Shown here: one piece after another, positions 44,870 through 54,697 of the stretch
How the letters are laid out: the number at the start of each line of letters is the position of its first letter
Numbering within the stretch: position 1 is the first letter of the stretch
NCBI GenBank assembly: GCA_027026755.1
Contig: JALVNE010000339.1
Location: forward strand, 5,553 to 69,552
Direction of reading: 5' to 3'
Source of the DNA: Sedimenticola sp.
GTDB taxonomy: Bacteria; Pseudomonadota; Gammaproteobacteria; Chromatiales; Chromatiaceae
Length of the DNA stretch: 64,000 bases
The notes under the pieces: generated by a model
The model's input: the letters and a program-made list of their open reading frames with translations, nothing else
Told to the model about the DNA's origin: nothing
Database searches by the model: none
Made by a program: the position numbers and the translations under genes

Positions 44870-45595
44870 TCAGTGATGTTGGTGCGCCACCATGCGCACC
44901 TCGTTGTCGTAGAGTTGCTGGATGATCTGGCCGTCGATGTCTTCCGTGCGATGGCAGATGAGGGTGCGGTTCAGGCAGGCCACCCGGTGCACATAGCCGG
45001 AGATGAAAGCGATGTCATGGGATACCACCAGGATGGTCATGCGTTCGTTGAGCAGTTTGAGCAGGTCGAACAGCTCGTTCTCCACGCGCATGTCGATGTT
45101 GGCCGTGGGCTCGTCCAGGATGAGGATCTCGGGCTCGCAGGCCAGGGCCCGGGCCACCAGGGTGCGCTGCAGCTGGCCGCCGGAGAGCTGATCGATGCGC
45201 CGCTGGGCCAGGTTGGTGATTTCCGTCTCTGCCATGACCCGCCGGGCGATGTCCCGATCGGCGCGGCTGTAGCCGCCTATCAAGCGCCCCTTGCCCAGGC
45301 GGCCCATGAGCACTACCTGTTCCACGGTGACGGGAAAGTCCCGGGCGAAGGCCGGGTACTGGGGCACATAGCCCAGGCGGGTGCGTGCCTTCTCCGGCGG
45401 CAGGCCCAGCACCTTGACGCTGCCCCGGGTGGGCGTGAGCAGGCCCAGGATGAGCTTCAGCAGGGTGCTCTTGCCCCCGGCATTGGGGCCCACGATGCCC
45501 AGAAATTCCCGCGCCGGCACCTCCAGGCTGATATGTTCCAGCACCGGGATCTCGCCATAGGCGAAGGACAGGTCGTGGATCTCGATGGCATTCAT
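44870..45595 (-). CDS. znuC: Zn/Mn ABC transporter ATPase
   Basis: [26 protein letters not shown]. Confidence 0.88.
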   Translation of the reverse strand: MNAIEIHDLSFAYGEIPVLEHISLEVPAREFLGIVGPNAGGKSTLLKLILGLLTPTRGSVKVLGLPPEKARTRLGYVPQYPAFARDFPVTVEQVVLMGRLGKGRLIGGYSRADRDIARRVMAETEITNLAQRRIDQLSGGQLQRTLVARALACEPEILILDEPTANIDMRVENELFDLLKLLNERMTILVVSHDIAFISGYVHRVACLNRTLICHRTEDIDGQIIQQLYDNEVRMVAHQHH

Positions 45596-46407
45596 GGTGC
45601 TTCTGTCAGCACCCGGGCCAGGCGGCGAAGGCTGGCGAAGATGTCCTCGTCCAGGGGGTCGACTTCCACCAGCTTTGCGTCCAGGGCCCTGGCCAGCACT
45701 TTGGCCGTGGCGCTGGAATGCTGGGGCTGGACGATGATGCGGTGAATCCCGGCCTTGCGCGCCTTGTCGATGAGGGCGGCCAGGCTGCGGCTGTTGGGCT
45801 CCTTGCCATGGGCTTCCACCGCCAGCTGGCGCAGATGGTAGCGGCGGGCGAAGTAGCTCCAGGCCGGGTGATAGACCAGAAAGGTTTTTCCTTTCACGGG
45901 CGCCAGTCGTTCCTGCAGCTCCCCATCCAGGGCATCCAGTTTATTGGCCAGGGCCTGGTAGCCGGCTTCCAGCTGGCCTTCCAGGCCCGGGAACTGTTTT
46001 GCCAGCTCAGCGGCAAGGAGGCGCGCGTGCTGTTTCACCAGCTGGGGATCGGTCCAGATATGGGGATCGGATTCCTGATCCTGATCCCGGATGAGATCCA
46101 GTCCCTGACGCATGTCCAGTACTGTCATGTTTGGGTTGGCGTTGCGGAAGCGCGGCAGCCAGCTCTGCTCGAAAGGCATGCCAGCGCGGACATAGACCGC
46201 GGCCCGCGACAGGCGGGCAATCTGCCGGGGCGAGGGCTGGTAAATCTCGGGATTGAAGCCCTTGCCCACCATGGTTTCCACGTCCAGGGCGTCCCCCGCC
46301 AGCGCCTGCACAATGGCTTTCTGGGGCAGCACGCTGACGAACACCAGAGGCTTGCCCAGGACGGTTGCCGAGGTCAGGAGGAGCAGAAAGAAAGAGAGAA
46401 AGCGCAT
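45592..46407 (-). CDS. znuA: Zn/Mn ABC transporter substrate-binding protein
   Basis: DPHIWTDP, VYHPAWSYFA; signal peptide from ATG 46407. Confidence 0.85.
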   Translation of the reverse strand: MRFLSFFLLLLTSATVLGKPLVFVSVLPQKAIVQALAGDALDVETMVGKGFNPEIYQPSPRQIARLSRAAVYVRAGMPFEQSWLPRFRNANPNMTVLDMRQGLDLIRDQDQESDPHIWTDPQLVKQHARLLAAELAKQFPGLEGQLEAGYQALANKLDALDGELQERLAPVKGKTFLVYHPAWSYFARRYHLRQLAVEAHGKEPNSRSLAALIDKARKAGIHRIIVQPQHSSATAKVLARALDAKLVEVDPLDEDIFASLRRLARVLTEAP

Positions 46408-46424
46408 GGTGATTCCCTGTCGAA

Positions 46425-46447
46425 CAAGTATCATATTGTACCATTCC
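46425..46447. promoter_or_regulatory. Putative Zur box
   Basis: Minus strand GGAATGGTACAATATGATACTTG matches 16/23 of GAAATGTTATAATATAACATTTC, directly upstream of znuA. Confidence 0.5.
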
Positions 46448-46465
46448 ATCCTGTCAGCCTCTCCC

Positions 46466-47017
46466 ATGAATACCAGCCTGTTTCTCTATCCCCTGCCACC
46501 CCTGGAAGCACCGCCGGACATGGCCGCGGCCATCGAAGCCCTGCGCCAGGCGGGATTTCTGGGAAGATGCCTGGATGAAGACCGATATGCGGTCGGGGAA
46601 GGCTTTTTCAACTATATGACCTTTGCCGGCTGCTCACCCCATTTGCGGTTGGCGCCTGTGGAAGAGGGCGACTGGCAGTTCTGTCATGTCCAGCTTCATG
46701 CCGATGAAAGCCCGCGTCTGCGCATCGCCCCGCAACGGGGACGGCCCCGCTGCCCGGCCTGCCGCAGCAATCTGCCCGGTTGGAAGGAACGTCTGGTGGA
46801 ATGGAAACAGGATGGCAGCCAGATGGTCCAATGCCCTTCCTGTGGCGTGAATACCGCGGTAGCCGAACTGGACTGGCGCCAGTATGGGCTGGTTTCCCGC
46901 TGCAGCTTGGAGATACATCAGGTGTATCCGGGCGAGGCGCTTCCCCAAGACAGCCTGCTGCAACGGCTGGCGGAAGCGACGGGCCGGGAATGGGCTTACG
47001 CCTGGGCGGAGCGCTGA
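46466..47017 (+). CDS. Hypothetical protein with two CxxC pairs (zinc-ribbon-like)
   Basis: CPAC, CPSC, FAGCSP; ATG 46466. Confidence 0.7.
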   Translation: MNTSLFLYPLPPLEAPPDMAAAIEALRQAGFLGRCLDEDRYAVGEGFFNYMTFAGCSPHLRLAPVEEGDWQFCHVQLHADESPRLRIAPQRGRPRCPACRSNLPGWKERLVEWKQDGSQMVQCPSCGVNTAVAELDWRQYGLVSRCSLEIHQVYPGEALPQDSLLQRLAEATGREWAYAWAER

Positions 47018-47826
47018 GAAGACTGCGGTGGCGTGATAGCGCTTTCAGGAAGCTCCAGCTCCATGGCCACGGGCAGGTGATCGGAGAGGGGATAGTCCAG
47101 CACCCGGGACTGCAGGATGTTCAGTCCGCGTGATACCAGAATGTGGTCGATTTTCTTCACCGGCCGCCAGCTGGGGAAGGTGGCCTGGTCGCAGGCAGGC
47201 TCGTTCATGTCATGGGTTTCGATGAAGCGCCGGATCTCCGTGGCCTCGCAGCCGGCGTTGAGATCCCCCATGAGAATGATATTGGGGCGATCCCGGAGAA
47301 GCTCACTGAGAAATGCCAGCTGCTTGCTCCGGGCCCGGCGCCCCAGGGCCAGATGGGCGCTGCACAGCAGCAGGGCTTCGTGATGGCCACCGAAATCGAA
47401 CAGCATGGCGCCCCGGCCCGGCCCTCCCGGCAGTTTGTGATGGCTGACCCGGTGGGGGCGGAACCGGCTCAGGAAGCCATTGCTGTGCTGGGCAATGACG
47501 CCGATGTTGCGGTTGATCTGGCGGTACCAGTGGGGAAAGCCGGCGCGGTGGGCCAGGTATTCGGTGATGTCCACGAAGCCACAGCGCAGGCTGCCGGCAT
47601 CCACCTCCTGCAGGCTGACCATGTCGTACCGGGACAGCATGGAGGCCATGCGGTTGAGATTGACCATGCGTTCCCGGTGGGGAAATACATGCTTCCAGCC
47701 CTTGGTGACGTATTCCCGGTAGCGGCCCGTATCCACGCCCACCTGGATATTGTAGCTGAGCAATGAAAAACGCCGCGGCAGGATACTGCCGCGGCTGCCG
47801 ACGTCCTTGTTCTGGGCAGAACTCAC
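46996..47826 (-). CDS. Endonuclease/exonuclease/phosphatase family protein
   Basis: SYNIQ, LQEVD, MGDLN, IDHIL, SDHLP. Confidence 0.9.
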   Translation of the reverse strand: MSSAQNKDVGSRGSILPRRFSLLSYNIQVGVDTGRYREYVTKGWKHVFPHRERMVNLNRMASMLSRYDMVSLQEVDAGSLRCGFVDITEYLAHRAGFPHWYRQINRNIGVIAQHSNGFLSRFRPHRVSHHKLPGGPGRGAMLFDFGGHHEALLLCSAHLALGRRARSKQLAFLSELLRDRPNIILMGDLNAGCEATEIRRFIETHDMNEPACDQATFPSWRPVKKIDHILVSRGLNILQSRVLDYPLSDHLPVAMELELPESAITPPQSSQRSAQA

Positions 47827-48434
47827 TTCTTGCGGTCGTCGAGGGTTTTCTGGATGAGGGCGTCAGTGTTTTCCAGAACCTGGGGGGTGTTCTTTATGCG
47901 GTAACGGCCGTCCACGACCATCATGGGGACGGAACGGACGCCATAGCGGCGCATCAGGGCCGCGGCGCGGTTGGCTTTGGTTTGAACCGTGAAAGAGTTC
48001 AGGGTGGCATGGAATTTGTTCATGTCCACGCCGTTTTCCTCCAGGAACTTGTCGATATCGGCTTGGGTGCGCAGGCGGCGTTTGTCTTCATGTATGGCCT
48101 TGAACCAGGCGTTGTGCAGGCGTTTTTCCTCGCCCATGACTTGCAGGGCAAAGAAATTTTTCGCATGCAGATTGGCAGCGCCGCCGAACATGGCAGGCAT
48201 GTGCTGGAACTTTACGTTTTCAGGCAGCTTCTTGACCCATTCCTGTAACGAAGGGTCCAGGTTTTTGCAGTGCGGGCAGGTATACATGAAGAACTCGACG
48301 ACTTCCACTTCGTCACCGCTGCCCACGGGTGGGGCAGGGGTAATGAGATTGTAATCCCTGCCTTCCTTGGGATCGGCCGCGTAGGCATTGAATGACAGCA
48401 GCCCAAGCGCAAGTATCAAAAAGAGTTTTTTCAT
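47823..48434 (-). CDS. dsbA: Thiol:disulfide interchange protein DsbA
   Basis: EFFMYTCPHC, GVRSVP; signal peptide. Confidence 0.9.
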   Translation of the reverse strand: MKKLFLILALGLLSFNAYAADPKEGRDYNLITPAPPVGSGDEVEVVEFFMYTCPHCKNLDPSLQEWVKKLPENVKFQHMPAMFGGAANLHAKNFFALQVMGEEKRLHNAWFKAIHEDKRRLRTQADIDKFLEENGVDMNKFHATLNSFTVQTKANRAAALMRRYGVRSVPMMVVDGRYRIKNTPQVLENTDALIQKTLDDRKK

Positions 48435-48503
48435 TGGAAACACTCCTGGGTATTGTTGTATTTATGCCTTTTCATGGGACAGGCTGCCCGCAATCGAGTT
48501 CCG

Positions 48504-48956
48504 TCAGAATGGAATGTCATCCTCGAAATCGCCTGCGGGAGCCTGGGGCTGGGAGGTGCTGCCAGCCTGGCTGGCGCCTCCCGCCGGCGCGGCCTGGGAA
48601 TATTCGGTACTGCCACCGCGGCTGTCCAGCATCTGCATCTCGTTGGCCACGATTTCCGTGGTGTAGCGGTCCTGACCGTCCTGGCCCTGCCATTTGCGGG
48701 TGCGCAGGCTGCCTTCGATATAGACCTTGGAACCTTTTTTCAGGTATTCCCCGGCGATTTCCGCCAGACGGTTGAAAAACACCACCCGGTGCCATTCAGT
48801 ACGTTCCTGCTGTTCGCCGGTTTGTTTGTCTTTCCAGGTTTCCGATGTGGCCACGGAAATATTGGTTATGGCGCCGCCGCTTGGCATGTAGCGGGTTTCC
48901 GGATCCCTGCCCAGATTGCCAATAAGAATAACCTTGTTTACGCCTCTTGATGCCAT
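48504..48956 (-). CDS. ssb: Single-stranded DNA-binding protein
   Basis: [15 protein letters not shown]; C-terminal DDIPF. Confidence 0.97.
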   Translation of the reverse strand: MASRGVNKVILIGNLGRDPETRYMPSGGAITNISVATSETWKDKQTGEQQERTEWHRVVFFNRLAEIAGEYLKKGSKVYIEGSLRTRKWQGQDGQDRYTTEIVANEMQMLDSRGGSTEYSQAAPAGGASQAGSTSQPQAPAGDFEDDIPF

Positions 48957-49012
48957 ATTTCCTCCTCAAGGTGATTTCGTCCCTGAATTCAGTATCGAAT
49001 CAACCGGGAAGT

Positions 49013-50230
49013 TTAACCCTCATCGGTATTATTTGCATCCGCTTTGGTTGGGACGCGCATGGTGATGGCCAGAGCCAGCCATACCGCGATGAACCCCAGG
49101 GCCATGAGGAAAACCGAGTTCTGGCCAAAATGGGTATGTACCCAGCCCCCCAGCAGACCGCCCACGAAGGCGCCGCTGAACTGGGAGGTCGAATACACCC
49201 CCATGGCAGTGCCGCGAACCTGGCCCGGCGCCAGCTTGGACACCAGAGATGGCAAGGTCGCCTCTAATATATTGAAGCCGGTAAAAAACACCAGCAGCAT
49301 CAGGCCCAGCCCCCAGACGCTGGCGGAAAACAGCCAGAACCCCGCCAGGGCCAGGCCCAGCAGACCAATGGCCAGGGTGAAAACCTGTTTCATCTTGCCT
49401 TTCTTTTCCGCCACGATGACGAAAGGCACCATCAGTCCCATGGACAGGAGCATCACCGGCAGATACAGCCAGGTGTGTCTGTCCACTGGCAGCCCGGCGT
49501 CCCGCAAGACCAGAGGCAGGGCCAGGAACAATGAAGTTAGCACCAGATGCAGGGTAAAGATGCCTGCGTCCAGGCGCAGCAGCTGGGTGTCGCGCAATAC
49601 CTTGCCGAACATGCCGGGCACTGGCTCGGCTTCCGAATGCACGCTGCTGTGATCCGGGGTAGGCACCACCAGCAGCAGGATGAGTATGCCAGCGATGGCC
49701 AGGGCGGCGGTGATCCAGAACAGGCCCGGCACCCCCACCCAGGTGTTGAACAGGGGGCCGGCGATGAGGGCCACGGTAAATGAAAAACCGATGGTCACGC
49801 CAATGGTGGCCATGGCCTTGGTGCGCTGGCTGTCGCGGGTGAGATCCGCCAGCAGGGCCATGACCGCCGCCGCCACGGCGCCGCTGCCCTGTATGGCGCG
49901 CCCGGCGATGATCATGTGGATGTCATCCGCAGTGGCGGCGATGATACTGCCCAGGGTGAACAGCAGCAGGCCGCCAATGATCACCGGCTTGCGCCCGATT
50001 TTGTCCGAGAGCAGGCCGAAGGGAATCTGCAGGGCGGCCTGAGTCAGCCCGTAGATGCCAATGGCCAGGCCCACCAGCACCGGGGTGGCCGAGGGCAGAT
50101 GTTCGGCGTAAAGGGCGAACACGGGCAGAATGAGAAACAGCCCCAGCATGCGTGAGCCGTAAATGCCCGCCAGGCCCAGGGTGGCCCGGCGTTCTGTTGC
50201 GTTGAAACCGGAGGAATTCTTGTTTTTCAT
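49013..50230 (-). CDS. MFS transporter, YajR-like
   Basis: RMLGLFLILPV, LSDKIGRKP, GVYSTSQF; ssb/uvrA synteny. Confidence 0.88.
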   Translation of the reverse strand: MKNKNSSGFNATERRATLGLAGIYGSRMLGLFLILPVFALYAEHLPSATPVLVGLAIGIYGLTQAALQIPFGLLSDKIGRKPVIIGGLLLFTLGSIIAATADDIHMIIAGRAIQGSGAVAAAVMALLADLTRDSQRTKAMATIGVTIGFSFTVALIAGPLFNTWVGVPGLFWITAALAIAGILILLLVVPTPDHSSVHSEAEPVPGMFGKVLRDTQLLRLDAGIFTLHLVLTSLFLALPLVLRDAGLPVDRHTWLYLPVMLLSMGLMVPFVIVAEKKGKMKQVFTLAIGLLGLALAGFWLFSASVWGLGLMLLVFFTGFNILEATLPSLVSKLAPGQVRGTAMGVYSTSQFSGAFVGGLLGGWVHTHFGQNSVFLMALGFIAVWLALAITMRVPTKADANNTDEG

Positions 50231-50303
50231 GGTGTAGTGGGTTTAGTGAAAAATGAAATTAGCTTTCATGAGGGGACTGTCCCACACCTCAGACCATGGA
50301 AAT

Positions 50304-50392
50304 TCCCTCTCCCCCGGGGGGAGAGGGTTAGGGAGAGGGGGCGGGAAATGCTCTCCCCCTCCCCAACCCTCCCCCGCGCACGGGGGAGGGAG
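50304..50392. repeat. C/G-rich palindromic repeat (CCCTCTCCC...GGGAGAGGG type)
   Basis: tccctctcccccggggggagagggttagggagaggggg ... ccccctccccaaccctccccc..gggggagggag. Confidence 0.75.
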
Positions 50393-50456
50393 TTATCGGT
50401 GTATTTCCACATTAAGGTAATACTTTTCATGTAGCCAGCCCCAAGCCGTTAAGCTC

Positions 50457-50681
50457 TTAGCTCTTTGAAAAATGCCTGTCGATTTTATCGAGCAGCTTCA
50501 AGCCCTTCTCCACATTGCAACTGGCGGCAAGGGCGCGAAACCTGGTCTCACTATCGAACTCAGCCAGTGCCTGAGTGGATAGTTCCTCAAACAACTTGTT
50601 GATGCTGATATGCTTGTGCTGCGCCAATGCTTTCAGGCGGCCATGCTTGTCGTCAGGTATGCGTATGGTTAATGTGGCCAT
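50457..50681 (-). CDS. Ribbon-helix-helix antitoxin (HicB-like)
   Basis: MATLTIRIPDDKHGRLKALA..SINKL; directly downstream of PIN gene. Confidence 0.8.
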   Translation of the reverse strand: MATLTIRIPDDKHGRLKALAQHKHISINKLFEELSTQALAEFDSETRFRALAASCNVEKGLKLLDKIDRHFSKS

Positions 50682-50685
50682 GGTG

Positions 50686-51108
50686 CTAACCTCGTAAAAA
50701 TACAGCGGGCGTCACAATTTGCAGGTTTGGAAATGTAAGCTCCGCGTTTTTCAGATCACCAATGTTATTGGTAACGATATGGCTGGCATTGCCCGCCAGG
50801 GCGAGTTCAATCAAAAAATTGTCATCCTCATCAGGAGCATTGGGACGCCAAAGGTAATAAATCGGCACCCACTGACAAGTGCTGTAATAGGCGTTCAGCA
50901 AAGTCCTTGTTTCAGCAACAGTAAGCGGGCAGGCCGCCAGGATTCTTTTGCGCCGGGTAACATCCTCACACTCATGAAACAAGGCATTGCTCATCAATGG
51001 GGTGTGCTTGCCTTCCAGACACTGCCGTAAAATTTCACGGCTGCCTCCTCTTTTGCCGGTAAGGGCGCTGACAATAACGCTGGTATCAACCACTATTGTG
51101 CTTGGCAT
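50686..51108 (-). CDS. PIN-domain toxin
   Basis: IVVDTSV, DEDDNFLIELA, IVTNN.GD; lower GC. Confidence 0.83.
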   Translation of the reverse strand: MPSTIVVDTSVIVSALTGKRGGSREILRQCLEGKHTPLMSNALFHECEDVTRRKRILAACPLTVAETRTLLNAYYSTCQWVPIYYLWRPNAPDEDDNFLIELALAGNASHIVTNNIGDLKNAELTFPNLQIVTPAVFLRG

Positions 51109-51290
51109 GGTGCATGATGATAGCATATATGCAACCATAAAGCGAAGGGGCCTGGAGCTTGCAGGGTAGTCTGGGGCAGGCATGTAAATGCTTGTTCAGC
51201 CCTGTTTTCATGGTGAAAAAGGTTTGATGATGAAAGGAATAACGGCGTATAGTAACCAGTTATGCTGCCGGTTTGTCGAGGTGAAATCAC

Positions 51291-51539
51291 ATGAGCACGA
51301 AAGAACTGCTGGATGCCGCGGTCAAGTTGAAGCCGGAGGAACGGCTGGGTCTGGTAGAAATGTTGATCCAGAGCCTGGATGAGCCAGACCCGAGATTGGA
51401 CGCGATATGGGCAGAAGAAGCTGAAAAACGTCTGGCCGCCTATCGAGAGGGACGGCTGGAAGGCGTCCCTATGGAGGATATATTCAAGGAATTCCATACA
51501 AGCTCTTGTATTCCGTGGAATCCGTTCACATCCTTGTAA
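51291..51539 (+). CDS. Addiction module antitoxin component (TIGR02574-like); C-terminus altered by deletion
   Basis: LKPEERLGL..LIQSLD...WAEEAEKRLAAYREG. Confidence 0.8.
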   Translation: MSTKELLDAAVKLKPEERLGLVEMLIQSLDEPDPRLDAIWAEEAEKRLAAYREGRLEGVPMEDIFKEFHTSSCIPWNPFTSL

Positions 51540-51598
51540 TTGTTGTCGCACATCAGCATAGAAAACCCGATTATTGGGTTGGAACAAAAACAACATAA
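51491..51598 (+). pseudogene. C-terminal remnant of ParE/RelE toxin
   Basis: Alternative frame reads [28 protein letters not shown]...*; N-terminus missing. Confidence 0.75.
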
Positions 51599-51664
51599 CA
51601 AGCCTTTTCCGGGGTGATGCATACCGCTACTGATGCCCCCCTTTCATGCCAGCAAAGAATCACA

Positions 51665-54502
51665 ATGGACAGTATCCGTCTGCGGGGCGCCCGCACCCAT
51701 AATCTGAAGAACATCGACCTGGAACTGCCCCGGGACAAGCTCATCGTCATCACCGGCCTGTCGGGTTCGGGCAAGTCCTCCCTGGCTTTCGACACCATCT
51801 ATGCCGAGGGCCAGCGGCGTTATGTGGAATCCCTGTCCGCCTACGCCCGCCAGTTCCTGTCCATGATGGAGAAGCCGGACGTGGACCATATCGAGGGTCT
51901 GTCCCCGGCCATTTCCATCGAGCAGAAGACCACCAGCCACAATCCCCGCTCCACCGTGGGCACCATCACCGAGATCTACGATTACCTGCGCCTGCTCTAC
52001 GCCCGCGCCGGTACGCCCCTGTGTCCCGAGCATCAGCTGCCTCTGGAGGCCCAGACCATCGAGCAGATGGTGGACCAGGTGCTGGCCCTGCCCGAAGGCA
52101 GCAAGCTCATGTTGCTGGCTCCGGTGATCTCAGAGCGCAAGGGCGAATACCAGAAGCTGCTGCGGGAGCTGGCCGCCCAGGGCTTCATCCGCGCCCGCAT
52201 CGACGGAGAGATCTTCGAGCTGGATGACACGCCGGATCTGGACCTGCGCCGCAAGCACAGTATCGAGGCGGTGGTGGACCGCTTCAGGGTCAAGGGCGGG
52301 GATGACGATGCCCAGCGCCTGCGCCTTACCGAATCTTTCGAAACCGCCCTGCGCCTGGCCGATGGCGTGGCCCTGGTGGCCTGGATGGATGAGCCGGAAA
52401 AAGACGAGCTGGTGTTCTCCGCCAATTTTGCCTGTCCGGCTTGCGGCTACAGCATCGAGGAGTTGGAACCGCGCCTGTTCTCCTTCAACAACCCCGTGGG
52501 CGCTTGTCCGGCCTGTGATGGCCTGGGGGTGAAGCAGAGTTTCGATGAAAGCAAGGTGGTGGCCCATCCCGAGCTGTCCCTGGCCGCCGGGGCGGTGCGC
52601 GGCTGGGACCGCCGCAATGCCTATTATTTCCAGATGCTGCAGTCCCTGGCGCGGCATTATGATTTCGACCCGGAGACGCCCTGGCGGGAACTGCCCAAAA
52701 AAATCCGTGACATCATCCTCTACGGCAGCGGCCGGGAAGCCATTCATTTCGACTATCACAACCACCTGGGCCGCCGGGTGAAAAAGACCCATCCCTTCGA
52801 AGGGGTGATTCCCAACATGGAACGTCGCTACCGGGAGACGGACTCCAGCGCCGTGCGCGAGGAGCTGTCCCGCTATCTGTCCAGCCATCCCTGCCCGGCC
52901 TGTGGCGGCGCGCGGCTCAACGAGGCGGCGCGCAATGTGTTCGTGGCGGAGATGAGCCTGCCCCAGGTGACGGCCCTGTCCGTGGCCGACAGCCTGGCCT
53001 TCTTCGAGAAGCTCAAACTGCCGGGCAAGCGCGGAAAGATTGCTGAAAAAATCCTCAAGGAGATCCGCGAGCGCCTGCAGTTCCTGGTGAACGTGGGCCT
53101 GGATTATCTGAGCCTGGAGCGCAGCGCCGACACCCTGTCCGGCGGCGAAGCCCAGCGCATCCGCCTGGCCAGCCAGATCGGCGCGGGACTGGTGGGCGTC
53201 ATGTATGTGCTGGACGAACCTTCCATCGGCCTGCACCAGCGCGACAACGCCCGGCTGCTCAGGACCCTGACCTACCTGCGCGACCTGGGCAACACCATCA
53301 TCGTGGTGGAGCACGACGAGGAAGCCATACGCACGGCGGATCATGTGGTGGATATCGGTCCCGGTGCCGGTGTTCACGGTGGCGAGGTAGTGGCCCAGGG
53401 CACGGCGGAGGAAGTGGCCGCCAATCCTGCTTCCCTCACAGGCAAGTATCTCAGCGGCGAGCGGGCCATTGGTGTGCCCCTGATCCGTACGCCCGTGGAC
53501 CCCAAACGTCTGCTGGTGCTGGAGGGCGCAAGGGGCAACAACCTGAAAAACCTGCGTCTGGAGATTCCCGTGGGCCTGTTCACCTGCGTCACCGGGGTAT
53601 CCGGCTCGGGGAAATCCACCCTCATCAACGACACCCTTTATCCCCTGGCGGCCAACGTCCTCAACCGCGCCAGCCATACAGTGGCGCCCCACGATGCCAT
53701 TCACGGCCTGGAGCATTTCGACAAGGTGGTGGACATCGACCAGTCCCCCATCGGCCGCACGCCCCGCTCCAACCCGGCCACCTATACCGGCCTGTTCACC
53801 CCCATCCGCGAACTGTTCGCTGGCGTGCCGGAATCCCGCTCCCGGGGCTACACCCCGGGGCGCTTCAGCTTCAACGTCAAGGGCGGGCGCTGCGAGGCCT
53901 GCAAGGGTGATGGCGTCATCAAGGTCGAGATGCATTTTCTGCCCGATATCTACGTGCAGTGCGACACCTGCAAGGGCAAGCGCTACAACCGCGAAACCCT
54001 GGAGATCAAGTACAAGGGCAAGAGCATCAACGAAGTGCTGGACATGACCGTGGAAGAGGCCCTGGCCTTCTTCGACGCCGTGCCCGTGGTCAAGCGCAAG
54101 CTGCAGACTCTGGTGGACGTGGGCCTGACCTACATCCAGCTGGGCCAGAACGCCACCACCCTCTCCGGTGGCGAGGCCCAGCGGGTGAAACTGTCACGGG
54201 AACTGTCCAAACGGGACACCGGCAGCACCCTGTACATCCTCGACGAACCCACCACCGGCCTGCATTTTCACGACGTGGAACAGCTCCTCGGTGTACTGCA
54301 CCGATTGCGCGATCATGGCAACACCGTCATCGTCATCGAGCACAACCTGGACGTGATAAAGACCGCCGACTGGATCGTGGACCTGGGTCCGGAAGGGGGC
54401 GATGGCGGGGGCGAGATCATTGCCCAGGGGCCGCCGGAAGATGTTGTTACCGTCGCCGGTTCTCATACGGGGGTGCTCTTGAAGCCACTGCTCGCAGGCT
54501 GA
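51665..54502 (+). CDS. uvrA: Excinuclease ABC subunit A
   Basis: [23 protein letters not shown], two ABC domains, zinc fingers. Confidence 0.98.
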   Translation: MDSIRLRGARTHNLKNIDLELPRDKLIVITGLSGSGKSSLAFDTIYAEGQRRYVESLSAYARQFLSMMEKPDVDHIEGLSPAISIEQKTTSHNPRSTVGTITEIYDYLRLLYARAGTPLCPEHQLPLEAQTIEQMVDQVLALPEGSKLMLLAPVISERKGEYQKLLRELAAQGFIRARIDGEIFELDDTPDLDLRRKHSIEAVVDRFRVKGGDDDAQRLRLTESFETALRLADGVALVAWMDEPEKDELVFSANFACPACGYSIEELEPRLFSFNNPVGACPACDGLGVKQSFDESKVVAHPELSLAAGAVRGWDRRNAYYFQMLQSLARHYDFDPETPWRELPKKIRDIILYGSGREAIHFDYHNHLGRRVKKTHPFEGVIPNMERRYRETDSSAVREELSRYLSSHPCPACGGARLNEAARNVFVAEMSLPQVTALSVADSLAFFEKLKLPGKRGKIAEKILKEIRERLQFLVNVGLDYLSLERSADTLSGGEAQRIRLASQIGAGLVGVMYVLDEPSIGLHQRDNARLLRTLTYLRDLGNTIIVVEHDEEAIRTADHVVDIGPGAGVHGGEVVAQGTAEEVAANPASLTGKYLSGERAIGVPLIRTPVDPKRLLVLEGARGNNLKNLRLEIPVGLFTCVTGVSGSGKSTLINDTLYPLAANVLNRASHTVAPHDAIHGLEHFDKVVDIDQSPIGRTPRSNPATYTGLFTPIRELFAGVPESRSRGYTPGRFSFNVKGGRCEACKGDGVIKVEMHFLPDIYVQCDTCKGKRYNRETLEIKYKGKSINEVLDMTVEEALAFFDAVPVVKRKLQTLVDVGLTYIQLGQNATTLSGGEAQRVKLSRELSKRDTGSTLYILDEPTTGLHFHDVEQLLGVLHRLRDHGNTVIVIEHNLDVIKTADWIVDLGPEGGDGGGEIIAQGPPEDVVTVAGSHTGVLLKPLLAG

Positions 54503-54515
54503 TCCGAAACTTCAG

Positions 54516-54582
54516 GTAGGTCGGACTTCAGTCCGACATTGCTCCGTTTCGGCGGATGTTGTCGGGCTGAAGCCCGACCTAC
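54516..54582. repeat. REPIN (inverted pair of GTAG REPs)
   Basis: gtaggtcggacttcagtccgaca ... tgtcgggctgaagcccgacctac. Confidence 0.88.
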
Positions 54583-54596
54583 GCTCGAATGGATCA

Positions 54597-54664
54597 AAGG
54601 TCGGAGTCAAATCACCCCAAGCCGTCCATGTTACGGGATACTGCCCTGATTTGACTCCGACCCT
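54597..54664. repeat. ~68-bp inverted-repeat element, copy 2
   Basis: ggtcggagtcaaatca...tgatttgactccgacc. Confidence 0.8.
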
Positions 54665-54697
54665 TCCAGTGATCGAATCAAATAGCGTACTCAATCT

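Noticed and set aside
51540-51665. LexA box upstream of uvrA
   Set aside because: No CTGT-N8-ACAG match found
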